From positions 74,898,001-74,962,000 of the forward strand of contig CM059432.1 in the NCBI GenBank assembly GCA_030390025.1: DNA of 64,000 nt, written 5' to 3'. Position numbers and translations under genes: made by a program. The stretch is from Squalus acanthias (Eukaryota). Each line of letters starts with the position of its first letter. Within the stretch, counting starts at the first letter, position 1. Under the pieces are notes generated by a model. That model ran no database searches. It saw nothing but the letters and a program-made list of their open reading frames with translations, and had not been told where the DNA came from. Of this stretch, positions 11,941-24,324 are shown piece by piece.

Positions 11941-14395
11941 CAGTTCTTCTCATCAGCGTGTTCTTTCATTCACTAGTGCTAGTACAACTTACCAGTATTT
12001 CCAATAGATGAGACAGGAGAAGAAATGTTCAGGCGGGTACAGCATGCATTAAGATTCAGCAGTATGCGCGATAAGTGTTCACCACTGGGGTACTCCTCAA
12101 GACATGGCTGTAATCAGGCCTTTGTAAACAGTTCCTGCCACTGACCACATTCATATATCCTTTGTTCATCAAGGATAGATTCAAAGAAATAAATGGCTCA
12201 CTGATAAATAAGATAAGATTACTTTTTGAAACATTCTAAATTATAAATGGTCATTATTGATGAAAAAAATGACTTTGTAAATTGCACTTATTTCATCTGT
12301 ACAACTGCAGTCAATCAGATCAACAATACTCCGATATTACAGCGTAAATCCAGAGCCAGCCTGACACTGGATTCTCTGCTTAAATGTGGAGTCAGTTAAT
12401 CTGGATTTACAGTACACCTTTAGACTTGGTGTGAAGTGAAAATGATTTTCACCAGTGCTACGGTTATAGTGTGATGTAGGCTAAAAGTGTTGGATTAAAA
12501 TTCGTCTTTTACATTACATTGGCAGATGTTTTTAAACAAAGCTATTTAAGTAGAAGCCGATGAATTACATTAAAGTTCCGAGCCACAACACTTGTATTTT
12601 GAACAAAAAACAAAACATTGCAAATGCTGGAAATTTGAACAAAATAATTTGCTGGAAACACTCCGCAGGTCAGGCAGCATCTATGGAGAGAACAAAGATG
12701 ATGTTCTGGGTATGGACCCTCCCTCAGAACTTGTACTTTGATCACGTTAAGATTTTTCAGGATTGTGTTATGTATCAGTTGACAGAATGTTTGTAATGGT
12801 TACCAAAGTTATCCAAAGGCAGGGAAACTCAAAACCAGCTCAAGCCACCATCTGTGGTCCAGATTTATCAAGAACAAAGGAATTACTTTTAGCCACAAGA
12901 TGTCGCTATTGTGCTTGGCCATAATATATTGTTGATCACTTGAAAAGTGACATCCAATGGTAGCAAGAGTAGCCTTCAACTCATTTTAAATGCTTAATAG
13001 ATTAGGTATATGAATTAGGATTTTGATAAATACACGTTGGCCCTTAGTTCCTTGTTTTAGGTGAGTGGAAGTGTTGAAGATATAGACAACGCGCCTATAG
13101 GCAATAGATGTATTCAGCCCAAGATTTAGCTCAGAGAAGCAAACCAAATGGTTGACTGGGTTTAGGTTGGCTATGAATAGGCCTGACTTCTCCAGCTCTG
13201 CTTGTGAACTATGTAATGATTTTTGTTCCAACAATGCAGTGCAGCAAGCACATAACTGCGCTGTTACCCTCTTAGTACTGAAAAACCCTTTAAACTTTTG
13301 AACACTTCATTTTCATATATAACAATTTCTAATGCTGAACATTGTAAATTAAAAGAAAAAGTAACTGGTCAGTGTTTTAGAACTAATTGAGCAAAAAAAC
13401 CTACAGTCTTGTTAGATTTTTATTCAGAAATGTATTGCTGTCTTCAGAAAGGTGGTATCCATTTATTGTCACTTGTAAACTGCATTTGAAAATTGATCTT
13501 TAATTGTAAACCATTTTTAAATGAAGACACAGTTCTTTCTGAAAGTACATTGCAATTCTTTTTTTAAATTACTGGGGATGAAATTGATCTTCGGCAGTAG
13601 TAGGAACCAGCTCATGGCGAATTAGCAGCCCGTTTTACACTGCGCTTGATTTTCTTTTCCATTGAAGTCAATGTTTAAAAGATGTAAAAGTTCATTGAAA
13701 AGGATATCTGTTTAGATGTTGGTCACTTAAAGAAAAATGTTGCACTGATATTTAGAAGAAAAAAATGACCGCTCATAACAACTGGATGCCACAATAGGGA
13801 ATGGGGGAAGGAACTGTAGGGTCTTCCTGGATGGATGAACGAAGATGAGCTAATTAGCCTTGATCAACTGTAATTATTTTGCAATCTTGTGATAAACAGC
13901 GTGCCTCATGCATTTGAGACTTGGAATGTTTTAAACTGAGCATCTTAACGCCATTGGCAGAATCAATTATCTCTATTTGGAGCCATTCAGAACTTCAGCT
14001 TTGGCTGAAAGCGTGAAAAATTATTAAGGAGCTGAATTCCTAATGTGAAGGGCTTCACAGCCAGCATGATGATATCACAGAGCCATTGAGACCTTTAGCA
14101 ACATATAACATATAGTGGATTACACCACTAAACTGTGTTGGTTACTACTTCATCTCAGCAGGAGCGATTTCCTAATAAAAACAATAAGAAGAAATATTTA
14201 TCTATCTAAATACTTACGGGCAAAATTATTTATGCATTTCATAGATGTTGGATATTTGAGATCTGAATTAAAATAAAACTTCATTAAATGGAAATTTTAA
14301 TTTGTCTAACCTGGATAAAATTCAGTTTGGCACTATTGATTTTAATTTACCATAATTTTGTGATTGCTTTTTGCATTTCATTCTTTTTGTCCCAG

Positions 14396-14631
14396 ATCTT
14401 TCTCCATGGCAACAACCTGAACAGTCTGCACCAGCTAATCCATCCAGAATATCTGCCATCTGAGTTTGGAGGCATCCTACCCCCATATGATATGGGAACC
14501 TGGGCACGGACACTGCTAGGTCCAGAGTACAATGATGATACTGAATATACCTACAATTCCTACAACTCGATGCATGTGAAAGACATGCTGGATAATCGTG
14601 ATAGCAATTGTTCTCCCAAGCATATGAAGAG
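14396..14631 (+). CDS. CLVS1: Clavesin-1 penultimate coding exon: [45 protein letters not shown]...SPKHMK(R)
   Basis: Polypyrimidine tract plus cccag acceptor at 14395; donor gtttgt at 14632. 236 nt, phase 0/2, in frame with both neighbouring exons. Confidence 0.95.
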
Positions 14632-15475
14632 GTTTGTACAGTCTCGTTATATCAGCTGTTGCACTGGATTTCCATTGGAGCTTTCAAAATCTGCGCATAT
14701 TCCTGTCTATTTTTCAATGCATTTTATAATAATGTCAAATTAAAGTCCCCCAGAAATTAATGGGCAAATGCACCATGTGGGATAGCACTGAGGCAGACAG
14801 AACAGGAGGAGGAGAGAAAATAAGAATAAAATCAAATTGTAAAAATGCTACAGTGATTCTCGGAGTTCAAGGTGTATTTAAGTAAATCAATGATGTTGTA
14901 ATCAACAGTACTAATTTCCAGGAGATGCAACACCTGCCCTTTTACCTCCCCCCCTTCCCACTGTCCAGGGCCCCAAACACTCCTTCCAGGTGAAACAGCG
15001 ATTTACTTGTACTTCTTGCAATTTAGTATACTGTATTCGCTGCTCACAATGAGGTCTCCTCTACATTGGGGAGACCAAAAGCAGATTGGGTGACCGCTTT
15101 GCGGAACACCTCCGTTCAGTCTGTAAGGGTGACCCCGAGCTTCCGGTCGCCTGTCACTTTAATTCTCCGCTCCACTCCCACTCTGACCTCTCGGTCCTCG
15201 GCCTCTTACACTGTTCCAATGAAGCTCAACGTAAGCTCGAGGAACAGCACCTCATCTTTCGATTAGGCACTTTACAGCCTTCTGGACTCAACATCGAGTT
15301 CAATAATTTCAGACCATAACCTCTGCCCCTATCTTTTTTTCCATTTTTTTTCTCTCTCTCTCACATGGCAGCTGTCGATCATTCTGCCATTGGCATTTAC
15401 ACATCATCTTTTGTTTCTTAACTTGTCCCATTACCATCTCCTTTGGCCTTGCACCATCATCTCTTTTGTCTCTTA

Positions 15476-16113
15476 GGGGGAAAAATTTGGTTGCTTTGCG
15501 CCTCCCGTTAGCGCAAAGCAACTAGCACCCGGGCGCGGCGCCGCCTACGTCTCCCACAAAATTCAGCGGGAAGTTAGCGGCGATGGTAACCGGTAGCGCC
15601 CCACCATGCTGTGCCGTCGACGATGACGTCATCGCAGTGCGCAGCACCCCGGCCTCGATCTTCGGGAGCGCCCCCTGACTTACCACCGGACACTCTGTCC
15701 AACGGGGTCAGGGGGGCCTACCTGCGGCCGTGGAGGCGCTATTTAAAGGCGAGGTGCGGGGTGGCCATTTTTGTTGCTGGCTGCCTGCCAGCACCTGCCT
15801 CCTTACCCACCCCCCCCCCGCGGAGAGCCAGCTGCACTCCCGATCCCCTGGGGCCCAGCTGGGCCCCGGGTCGCGCTGCGCAAGGCCCCTCCCCTTTAAG
15901 AAGGGGAGGAAGGCCTGCAATACCGCGGTGCGACGTGCCGCAGCGCGTGGTACTGCGGCATGTTGCACCACGATATTCCCTTGCAGCGCCCCACGAGGGA
16001 GGCGGGGCACTTCCAGTAGCGCCCCGCTTCCCTCTTGGGGCGCTACCATTCAATTTCCGTAGCGCCCCGGCGAAGTTAGCGCCCCAAAGGGGGCGCTACT
16101 CAATTTTTAGCCC
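15476..16113. mobile_element. GC-rich PIF/Harbinger-type MITE nested in the Penelope element
   Basis: TTA TSD at 15473-15475 and 16114-16116; termini GGGGGAAAAATTTG ... CAATTTTTAGCCC. The empty site matches the uninterrupted Penelope copy near 43725-43750. Confidence 0.88.
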
Positions 16114-16229
16114 TTAATCTCTCCTGCCTTCCATCCTATCACAGACCTTCCCTTTTGTTCTTTTCTCCCCTCCCCCCTTTCCCTGCCCCTACACTTGCTT
16201 AAAAACCTGTTACATCTCCAGCTTTTTCC

Positions 16230-16266
16230 AGTTCTGACGAAGGGTCATCGACCTGAAACGTTAACT
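16230..16266 (+). ncRNA. Minimal type I hammerhead ribozyme motif in the Penelope terminus
   Basis: Stem I AGTT / core CTGACGA / extra A / stem II GGGTC-ATC-GACCT / GAA + palindromic ACGT + T / stem I AACT. Confidence 0.75.
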
Positions 16267-16496
16267 CTGTTTCTCTCTCCACTGATGTTGCCTGACCTGC
16301 TGAGTATTTCCAGCATTTTCTGTTTTTATTTTAGTACTAATTTCCATAGTGGCTGTGAAAATCACAATTTCAATGCATGTTAGACATTTGGCAGAAATTA
16401 ATTTAAAGGGGCAATGCTGCCTCTCTGGGGCTTCAGGCAGGCTCAGATCCTGGATCAGTTAGGAATAGTGTACAGTGGAAACTCATTTGTAACTCT

Positions 16497-16604
16497 CGGG
16501 GTAATTTTGACTTCAATGGAAATAAAATCGGGACAGATCTAAAATTAGCTGCCAATTCACTAACAGCCATGTTACACTGTCGCACAAAGTCAAAATTACA
16601 CCCG
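16497..16604. mobile_element. Small MITE-like element
   Basis: Inverted termini gggtaattttgactt ... aagtcaaaattacaccc. A related fragment lies near 13575-13672. Confidence 0.5.
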
Positions 16605-17084
16605 CTCTGTTTTTGTGGGGAAGCTTCCTACCCCCGCTTGGTGTTTTGCTACACCAATATGGCTGAGATCAGGAAATTAGCATGCGAGAGGATCACAGGT
16701 TCGGGGCTGTGCCCTAACTTTCCATGGAACAGTGTCTGGGGCTGCAGTGTAGTCTGTCACTGCATTGCCTTTATGTTTCATTTTCATGAATTTAAAAAAA
16801 GTAGATCCATTTCATTATCATATCACCAATTACATTACTATGCTCGTCTCAGTTTACCACCTAAATGATTACTGGATGATGAAGGCCCTTTTAAATGATG
16901 ACGTTTGACTACTGTCCTGTTCAGACTTCAGCCTATTGATCACTGTACTGCATGCCGGAGGTCAAAAATAATGTCACATTTTTCAATCAACTCAGGCAAC
17001 TCACTCCAGCTTTCTCCTGTGATATTCGTCATCAGATGGGCTCTGATGAAAACTACATCAACAACAACTACTTGTATTTATATA

Positions 17085-17456
17085 GAATCATACAGCACAT
17101 AAGCAGACCACTTGGCCCATCGTGCCTGTGCCAGCTCTTTGAAAGAACTATCCAATTCCACTCTTTCTCCATAGCCCTGAAAATGTTTTCTTTTCAAGTA
17201 CATATCCAATTCCCTTTTGAAAGTTACTATTGAGTCTACTTCCACCAACCTTGCAGGCAGTGCATTCCAGTTCATCACAACTCGCTGCATTAAAGAATTT
17301 CTCCTCCTCTCCCAACTGATTCTTTTGCCAATTATCTTAAATCTGTGTTCTCTGGTTTCTGACCCTCCTACCAGTGGAACCAGTTTCTCCTTTATTTACG
17401 ATCAAAACCCATCATAAATTTGAACACCTTTATTCAGTCTCCCCTTAACCGCCTAT
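17085..17456 (-). mobile_element. CR1 LINE 3' fragment
   Basis: ORF 17078-17290 (QRVVMNWNALPARLVEVDSIVTFKRELD) is the CR1 ORF2 C-terminus. Confidence 0.8.
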
Positions 17457-17954
17457 ACAAGCCAATGATCAGCTTTTTAAGTTGGCAGTCAATACTGCTT
17501 GGTGAGTGGTGGCTTATATTGGGCCATTTGTACCCTGGAAATGCATTGTTTTTTGCTGAATGTTCTGTGGTCTACCAAAGAACTTAGCTTGGTCATTGAT
17601 GTTGACAACAGAGTATTTTGGTCTGCATGTACTGAATCCAAAGATCTTTGTTTTTTCTTTGTCATTCTCTGTGTCAGTAACAAGAGTAGGATTCTTATTG
17701 GTATTGGACTGTGAATTGTTAATGTGTGCATTCTCCTGGGGTCTGTGGGCATCATCCAGTTTGGATTCCAAGTCATATATGGTTAATTTATATAGCACCT
17801 TTAACGTAGTAAAATGTCCCAAGACGCTTCATAGGAGTGTTATAAGATAAAAATGTTTGACACTGAGCTTAAGGAGAAATTAGGGCAGGTGACCAAAAGC
17901 TTGATCAAAGAGGTACCTTTTAAGGAGCGTCTTAAAGGAGGAAAGAGAGGTTTA

Positions 17955-20900
17955 AGAACATAAGAACATAAGAAATAGGAGCAGGCGTAGGCCATTTGGC
18001 CCCTCGAGCCTGCTCCGCCATTCAATAAGATCATGGCTGATCTTCTACCTGAACTCCACTTTCCTGCACCATCCCTATATCCCTTGATTCCCTTAATATC
18101 CAAAAATCTATCGATCTCTGTCTTGAATATACTCAACGACTGAGCCTCCACAGCCCTCTGGAGTAGAGAATTCCAAAGATTCACCACCCTCTGAGTGAAG
18201 AAATTTCTCCTCATCTCAGTCCTAAATGGCCGACCCCTTATTCTGAGACTGTGACCCCTGGTTCTAGACTCCCCAGCCAGGGGAAACATCCTCCCTGAAT
18301 ATAGGCCTAGTCTACTCAATCTGTCCTCATAGGACAATCCCCCCATCCCAGGAATCAGTCTGGTGAACCTTTGTTGCACTCCCTCTATGGCAAGTATATC
18401 CTTCCTTAGGTAAGGAGACCAAAACTGTACACAATACTCCAATTGTGGTCTCACCAGGGCCCTATATAATTGCAGTAAGATGTCTTTACTCTTATTCTCA
18501 AATCCGCTTGTAATAAAGGCCAACATACCATTTGCTTTCTTAATTGCTTGCTGTATCTATGTGATAACTTTCAGTAATTTGTGTACAAGAACACCCAGGT
18601 CCCTCTGAACACCAACATTTCCCAATCTCTCACCATTAAAAAATACTCTGCTTTTCTATTTTTCCTACCAAAGTGGATAACTTCACATTTCTCCACATTA
18701 TTTTCCATTTGCCATGTTCTTGCCCATTCACTTAGCCTGTCTATATCCCCTTGAAGCCTCTTTGCATCCTCCTCACAACTTCCATTCCCACCTAGCTTTG
18801 TATCATCAGCAAACTTGGATATATTACATTTGGTTCCCTCATCCAAATCATTGATATAGATTGTGAATAGCTGAGGCCCAAGCACTGATCCTTGGGGTAC
18901 CCCACTAGTTACAGCCTGCCAACCCAAAAATGACCCATTTATTCCTACTCTCTGTTTTCTGTCCGTTAACCAATCCTCAATCCATGCTAATATATTATGC
19001 CCAATCCCATGAGCCCTAATTTTGTTTAATAACCTCTTGTGTGGCACCTTATCGAATGCCTTCTGAAAATCCAAATACACCACATCCACTGGTTCCCCCT
19101 TATCTATTCTGCTAGTTACAACCTCAAAAAACTCTAACAGATTTGTCAAACATGATTTCCCTTTCATAGAAAATAATAATAGGATTGGACAGAGTCAACA
19201 TGGATCTAAGTGCCCTGTTACCACGTCCTTAATAATAGATTCTAGCATTTTCCCTACAACTGATGTCAGGCTAACTGGTCTGTAGTTCCCCGTTTTCTCT
19301 CTCCCTCCTTTCTTAAATAGTGGGGTTACACTTGCTACCTTCCCATCCGCAGGAACCATTCTAGAATCTATGGAATTTTGGAAGATGATAGCCAATGCAT
19401 CCACTATCTCTATAGCCAACTCTTTCAAAACCCTAAGATGTAGGCCATCAGGTCCAGGGGATTTATCGGCTTTCAGTCCCATTAATTTCTCCAGTACTTT
19501 TTTCTACTAATACTAATTTCTTTCAGTTCCTCATTCTCGCTAGACTCTTGGTTCACGACTATTTCTGGGAGGTTTTTTGCAGCTTCTTCCATGAAGACAG
19601 ACACAGCAGCTGGGATCTTACCTGACGAGGTGTGTTGGGGGCGGGACTGCTGCCTTTCGGGTTCTAGTCATGCCCGCAGCGACGTCCGATGCACAGACGC
19701 TATTTTGCGTCAATTGGCCTTGTTAATCCCGCCCTGCGGGCTTGCTGGCCAATTAAGACAAAGCCGGTGTCAGTTGATGATGCGTCATCTGCAGGTTTTC
19801 TTAAAGGGGCCACTACCATTTCTTTTTGACAGGTGATTTTTTCAGTGTTTGACAGCATTGAAGTGCTGCAAACACTGACAATCACTGTACAAAGGTGAGC
19901 CCTTGTACCCAGGCTCTCCAGTGACTCTCTCCTTAGGCTAAAACAGATGGCAGCTGCAGGTGAGGTTACAGAAGTGATCTGTCACTGGTGAGAGTGGTTC
20001 TCCCAATGAGGTGGGACTACACAAACACTTCAAAGCTTGTCACGTACAGAAATTTCTAAACACATTAAAAATGACTCTTCCAACATTTTCTTACCTCTGC
20101 AACTCACCAGTGTCCCATTGGATCCTTCACACTACTTCTGCAGCTGTCATCTATACACAAATGTTACAGTAGACCCACAGCATGCCACACTTACCCTGGC
20201 GGGGTTTCCTGATGTTGGGAAGCCTGCAGTAGAAGTGCCAGAATTGGAAAAAGCCTCTTAACTGCCTGTTAACTACCTGTTAACAAGCAGTTAAGTGGCT
20301 ATAATCCACTTCCCACCACTAGGAGTCGGGTCACTGTGCAAATTGGGGACCCGACTCCCGGGAAGATTGATTGGAGGCGAGTTGGAAGTGTGTTCGGGAT
20401 CCGCTGCCAATCTTTTTGATTTTGCCAGCAGTCCCGCCTCCAAACCCAACCTCTGAGTGCCGGCATAATCGCCCCCAAAGTATTTGTTTAATTTCTCAGC
20501 CATTTTCTTATTCCCCATTATAATTTCTCCTGTCTCAGCCTGTAAGGGACCCATGTTTCCTTTCGTTAATCTTTTCCTTTTTACATACCTATAGAAGCTT
20601 TTACAGTCTTTTTTTCTGGCTCTTGTTAGTTTACTCTCATATTCTATTTTCCCTTTCTTTATCAATTTCTTGGTCCTCCTTTGCTGAATTCAAAAATCCT
20701 CCCAATCCTCAGGCTTATTGCTCTTTTTGGCAATGTTGTAAGCCTCTTCCTTTGATCTTAAACTATCTTTAACTTCTCTTGTTAGCCACGGTTGGACTAC
20801 TTTTCCTGTGGGGTTTTTGTGCCTTAATGGAATGTATATTTGTTGTAAATTATGTATTAATTCTTTAAATGCTAGCCATTGTTTGTCTACCATCATACCT

Positions 20901-21513
20901 GTTAATGTAGTTTCCCAATCTACCTTAGCCAACTCGCCCCTCATATCCATGTAGTTTGCTTTGTTTAGATTTAAGACCCTAGTTTCAGATTTAACTAAAT
21001 CATTTTTGAACTTTATATAAAATTTTATCATATTACGGTCACTCTTCCCTAAAGGCCTCTTTACTACAAGGTTATTAATTAACCCTTTCTCATTGCACAA
21101 TATTAGATCTAAAATAGCCTGTTCCCTAGTTGGTTCCTCAACATACTGATCTAGAAAACTATTTGTATAGATTCCATGAACTCGTCCTCTACACTATTAC
21201 TGCAAATTTGGTTTGCCCAGTCTATATGTAGATTAAAGTCCCCCATAATTACTGTATTACCCTTGTTACATGTGCCTCTAATTTCCTGATTTATACTCTG
21301 CCCTACATTACAACTACTCTTTGGGGGCCTATAAACAACTCCCACCAATGTTTTCTGCCCCTTGCTGTTTCTTAGCTCCACCCAAACTGATTCTACTTCT
21401 TGATTTTCGGAGCTAAGATCCTTTCTCTCTACTGTCTTTATCCCATCCTTTATTGTCAGGGCTACCCCTCCTCCTTTTCCATTTTGCCTATCTCTTCTAA
21501 AAGTTAAGTATCT
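17955..21513 (-). mobile_element. CR1 LINE, ORF2 (APE + RT), disrupted
   Basis: ORFs 21151-21381, 20690-21100, 20291-20665, 19195-19482, 18571-19167 and 17840-18526 give APE (VVYRPP, MGDFN) and RT (GVPQGSVLGP, FADD) in order. 3' tail (TATGTTCT)n; TSD AGGTTTA at 17948-17954 and 21514-21520. Confidence 0.93.
19607..20475. mobile_element. Non-autonomous Harbinger-type DNA element (same family as 3893-4730) inside CR1 ORF2
   Basis: Interrupts CR1 at gaagacagacaca|aagtatttg; right end GGCATAATCGCCCC. Shares the internal hairpin (ctgcctgttaactacc.ttaaca.gcag) with 4512-4550. Confidence 0.75.
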
Positions 21514-22498
21514 AGGTTTAGGGAGGGAATTCAGGGCCTAGGCAACTGAAGGCACAGCCACCAATGGTTGAGCGATTAAAACCAGGGATGCTCAAGAGGG
21601 CAGAATTAGAGGAGCGCAGATATCTCAGGGGGAGGGGTGGGGGGTTGTGGGGCTGGAGGAGATTACAGAGATGGGGAGCGGCGAGGCCATGGAGGGATTT
21701 GAAAACAAGGATGAAAATTTTTTAATTGAGGTGTTGCTTAACCAGGAGCCAATGTAGGTCAGCGACCACAGGGGTGATGGGTGAACGGGACTTGGTGCGA
21801 GTTGGAGCACGGGCAGCAGAGTTTTGGATGACCTCAAGTTTACGTAGGGTAGAACATGGGAGGCCAGCCAGGAGTGCATTGGAATAGTCAAGTCTAGAGG
21901 TAACAAAGGCAGGGATGAGGGTTTCAGCACCAGATGAGCTGAGGTGGGGAAGAGACAGGCGATGTTATGGAGGTGGAACTAGGTGGTCTTAGTTATGTTG
22001 TGGATATGTGATTGGAAGCTCATTTCTGGCTCAAATATGACACCAAGGCTGCAAACAGTCTGGTTCAGCCTCACAGATGTTCGGGAGAGGGATGGAGTTG
22101 GTGGCTAGGGAACAGATTTTGAGGCGGGGACCAAAGACAATGGTTTTAGTCTTCCCAATATTTAATTGGAAAAATTTCTGCTCATCCAGTACTGAATGTC
22201 AGACAAGCAGTTTGACAATTTAGAGACTGTGGAGCAGTTGAGAGAATTGGTGGTGAGGTAGAGTTGGGTGTCATCAGCATACATGTGGAAAGTGACGCTG
22301 TGTTTTCGGATGATGTCGCCAAGGGGCAGCATATAGATGAGAAATAGGAGGGGGCCAAGGATAGATCCTTGGGGGACCCCAGATGTAATGATGCGGGAGT
22401 GGGACGAGTATCCATTGCACTACCACTTAGAACAGATTTGAATTTTTGATGCAGATGGTATTTTAATGGGGCACTATCATCTAATATAGGGTGACCAT

Positions 22499-24324
22499 GG
22501 GCCGTATTTTCCGATCGGAGGCTTCCTGCGTGCGGAGGCCTCCGATCTGGAAAAAATCTACGGACTTATCTGAGGGCTCCCGAGGTCTGGACACTTCTGC
22601 TCCTGGGCCTCTCCAACTCGAAATGTGCAGGGCCCACATATCCCAGAGGTGCATGCGGTTCGCAAGCGTCCCTGGAATCACGTGGGCCATGGGGAGCCAA
22701 TCAAAGAAGGGAATCTCCCTTCATACACTTGACAGATAGACCTGTCAAATATATGAATGGAGATCACCCCAAAAACACTGTAAAACATTAAATACATTTT
22801 TTTTTTATTACATTTTTAAAATTAGTTGAAATTACAAAAAATTAAGATAAGATAGATAAGGGAGAACCAGTGGATGTGGTGACTTTGGATTTTCAGAAGG
22901 CCTTTGATAAAGTCCCACATAAGAGGTTAGTGTGCAAAATTAAAGCATATGGGATTGGAGGTAATATACTGGCATGGATTGAAAACTGGTTAACAGACAG
23001 GAAACAGAAAGTAGGAATAAATGGGTCTTTTTCGGGGTGGCAGGCGGTGACTAGTGGGGTACCGCAGGGATCAGTGTTAAGGCCCCAGCTATTCACAATA
23101 TATATCAATGATTTGAATGAGGGAACCAAAAGTAATATTTCCAAGTTTGCTGACGACACGAAACTAGGTGGGATTGTGAGTTGTGAGGAGGATGCAAAGA
23201 GGCTTCAAGGCGATTTAGACAAGTTGAGTGAGTGGGCAAATACATGGCAGATGCAGTATAACGTGGATAAATGTGAAGTTATCCACTTCGGTAGGAAAAA
23301 CAGAAAGGTAGAGTATTATTTAAATGGTGATAGATTGGGAAATGTTGATGTATAAAGTGACCTGGGTGTCCTTGTACACCAGTCACTGAAAGCAAACATG
23401 CAGGTGCAGCAAGCAGTTAGGAAGGCAAATGGTATGTTGGCCTTCATTTCAAGAGGATTTGAGTACAGGAGCAAGGATGTCTTACTACAGTTGTACAAGG
23501 CCTTGGTGAGACCACACCTGGAGTACTGTGTGCAGTTTTGGTCTCCTTACCTAAGAAAGGATATACTTGCCATAGAGGGCGTGAAACTTATAAAATTCTG
23601 ACCGGGCTAGACAGACTGGATGCAGGGAGGATGTTTCCCCTGGCTGGGAGGTCTAGAACGAGGGGTCACAGTCTCAGGATACGGGGTAGGACATTTAGGA
23701 CTGAAATGAGGAGATATTTCTTCACTCCGAGGGTGGTGAACCTGTGGAATTCTCTACCACAGAAGGCTGTGGAGGCCAAGTCACTGAATATATTTAAGAT
23801 GGAGATAGATAGATTTCTAGACACAAAAGATGTCAAGGGGTATGGGGAGAGAGCGGGAATATGGTATTGAGATAGAGGATCAGCCATGATCCTATTGAAT
23901 GGTGGAGCAGGCTCGAAGGGCCGAATGGCCTACTCCTGCTCCTATTTTTCTGTTTCAAAATATTTTAAACAAAAATTGAATTTTTTGAAAAAAGTAATTA
24001 AAGTTTTTTACGGGGCTAAAAATAAACTTACCTTTTTTGAAGTATTTCTAAATGATAAATGAGTGAAATCATTATTTTTTTTACTTTTTTCAAATCTTAT
24101 GCTGGTAAAAGCAGGCCTTATGCCTGCTTTTACCAGGCGTAAGATTTCTAAGGGTGTTCCGCGGGCGGAGGTTCTCCAGAAAGCGGAACTCTCCCCCCAC
24201 AGAGGCCCTTCTCTAGGGCAGGCGTCCGATCTGTCAAGAACAATCTTGACAGATCAGAAATGCCGGTTTTCAGCATGAAACCGGCATTTCCGATGTCCCT
24301 ACGGGTGTGTAGAGTATGCCGCCC
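22499..24324. mobile_element. Harbinger-type non-autonomous element nested in the hAT element, itself carrying a CR1 insertion
   Basis: CAT duplicated at 22496-22498 and 24325-24327; termini GGGCCGTATTTTC ... GAGTATGCCGCCC. Shares motifs AATAAACTTACC and GCCGGTTTTCAGC with 2398-3140. Confidence 0.75.
22850..23956 (+). mobile_element. 5'-truncated CR1 LINE (RT plus 3' end)
   Basis: ORFs 22870-23355, 23398-23601 and 23538-23870 (DFQKAFDKVPH, FADD, RTRGHSLRI). The 3' UTR closely matches 17955-18060 in the opposite orientation. Confidence 0.92.

Larger units (their letters stand above)
14921..16332 (+). mobile_element. 5'-truncated Penelope-like retroelement (GIY-YIG endonuclease C-terminus plus 3' terminal region)
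   Basis: Translates as RRCNTCPF...FTCTSCNLVYCIRCSQ*GLLYIGETKSRLGDRFAEHLRS...VACHFN...GLNIEF. Perfect 14-bp TSD AGTACTAATTTCCA at 14907-14920 and 16333-16346. Confidence 0.92.
17781..22420 (-). mobile_element. L2-clade LINE fragment (17781-17954 plus 21514-22420) split by a CR1 insertion
   Basis: L2-type 3' end (tttatatagcacctttaacgtagtaaaatgtcccaag) and RT remnants (GVPQGSILGP, HMYADDTQLY) on -. Related to the + copy at 27345-28073. Confidence 0.8.

Noticed and set aside
11980..12180. Possible antisense exon ending at a GTAAGT donor (~11992, - strand)
   Set aside because: All three minus frames hit stops within the segment and no protein similarity was recognised.
14632..14743. ORF-track extension of the CLVS1 exon to a stop at 14743
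   Set aside because: Read-through past the GT donor at 14632. The true C-terminus with the clathrin box is at 54046-54130.
15611..16117. Overlapping 100-170 aa ORFs on both strands
   Set aside because: They lie wholly inside a GC-rich MITE; low stop density explains them and no domain is recognisable.
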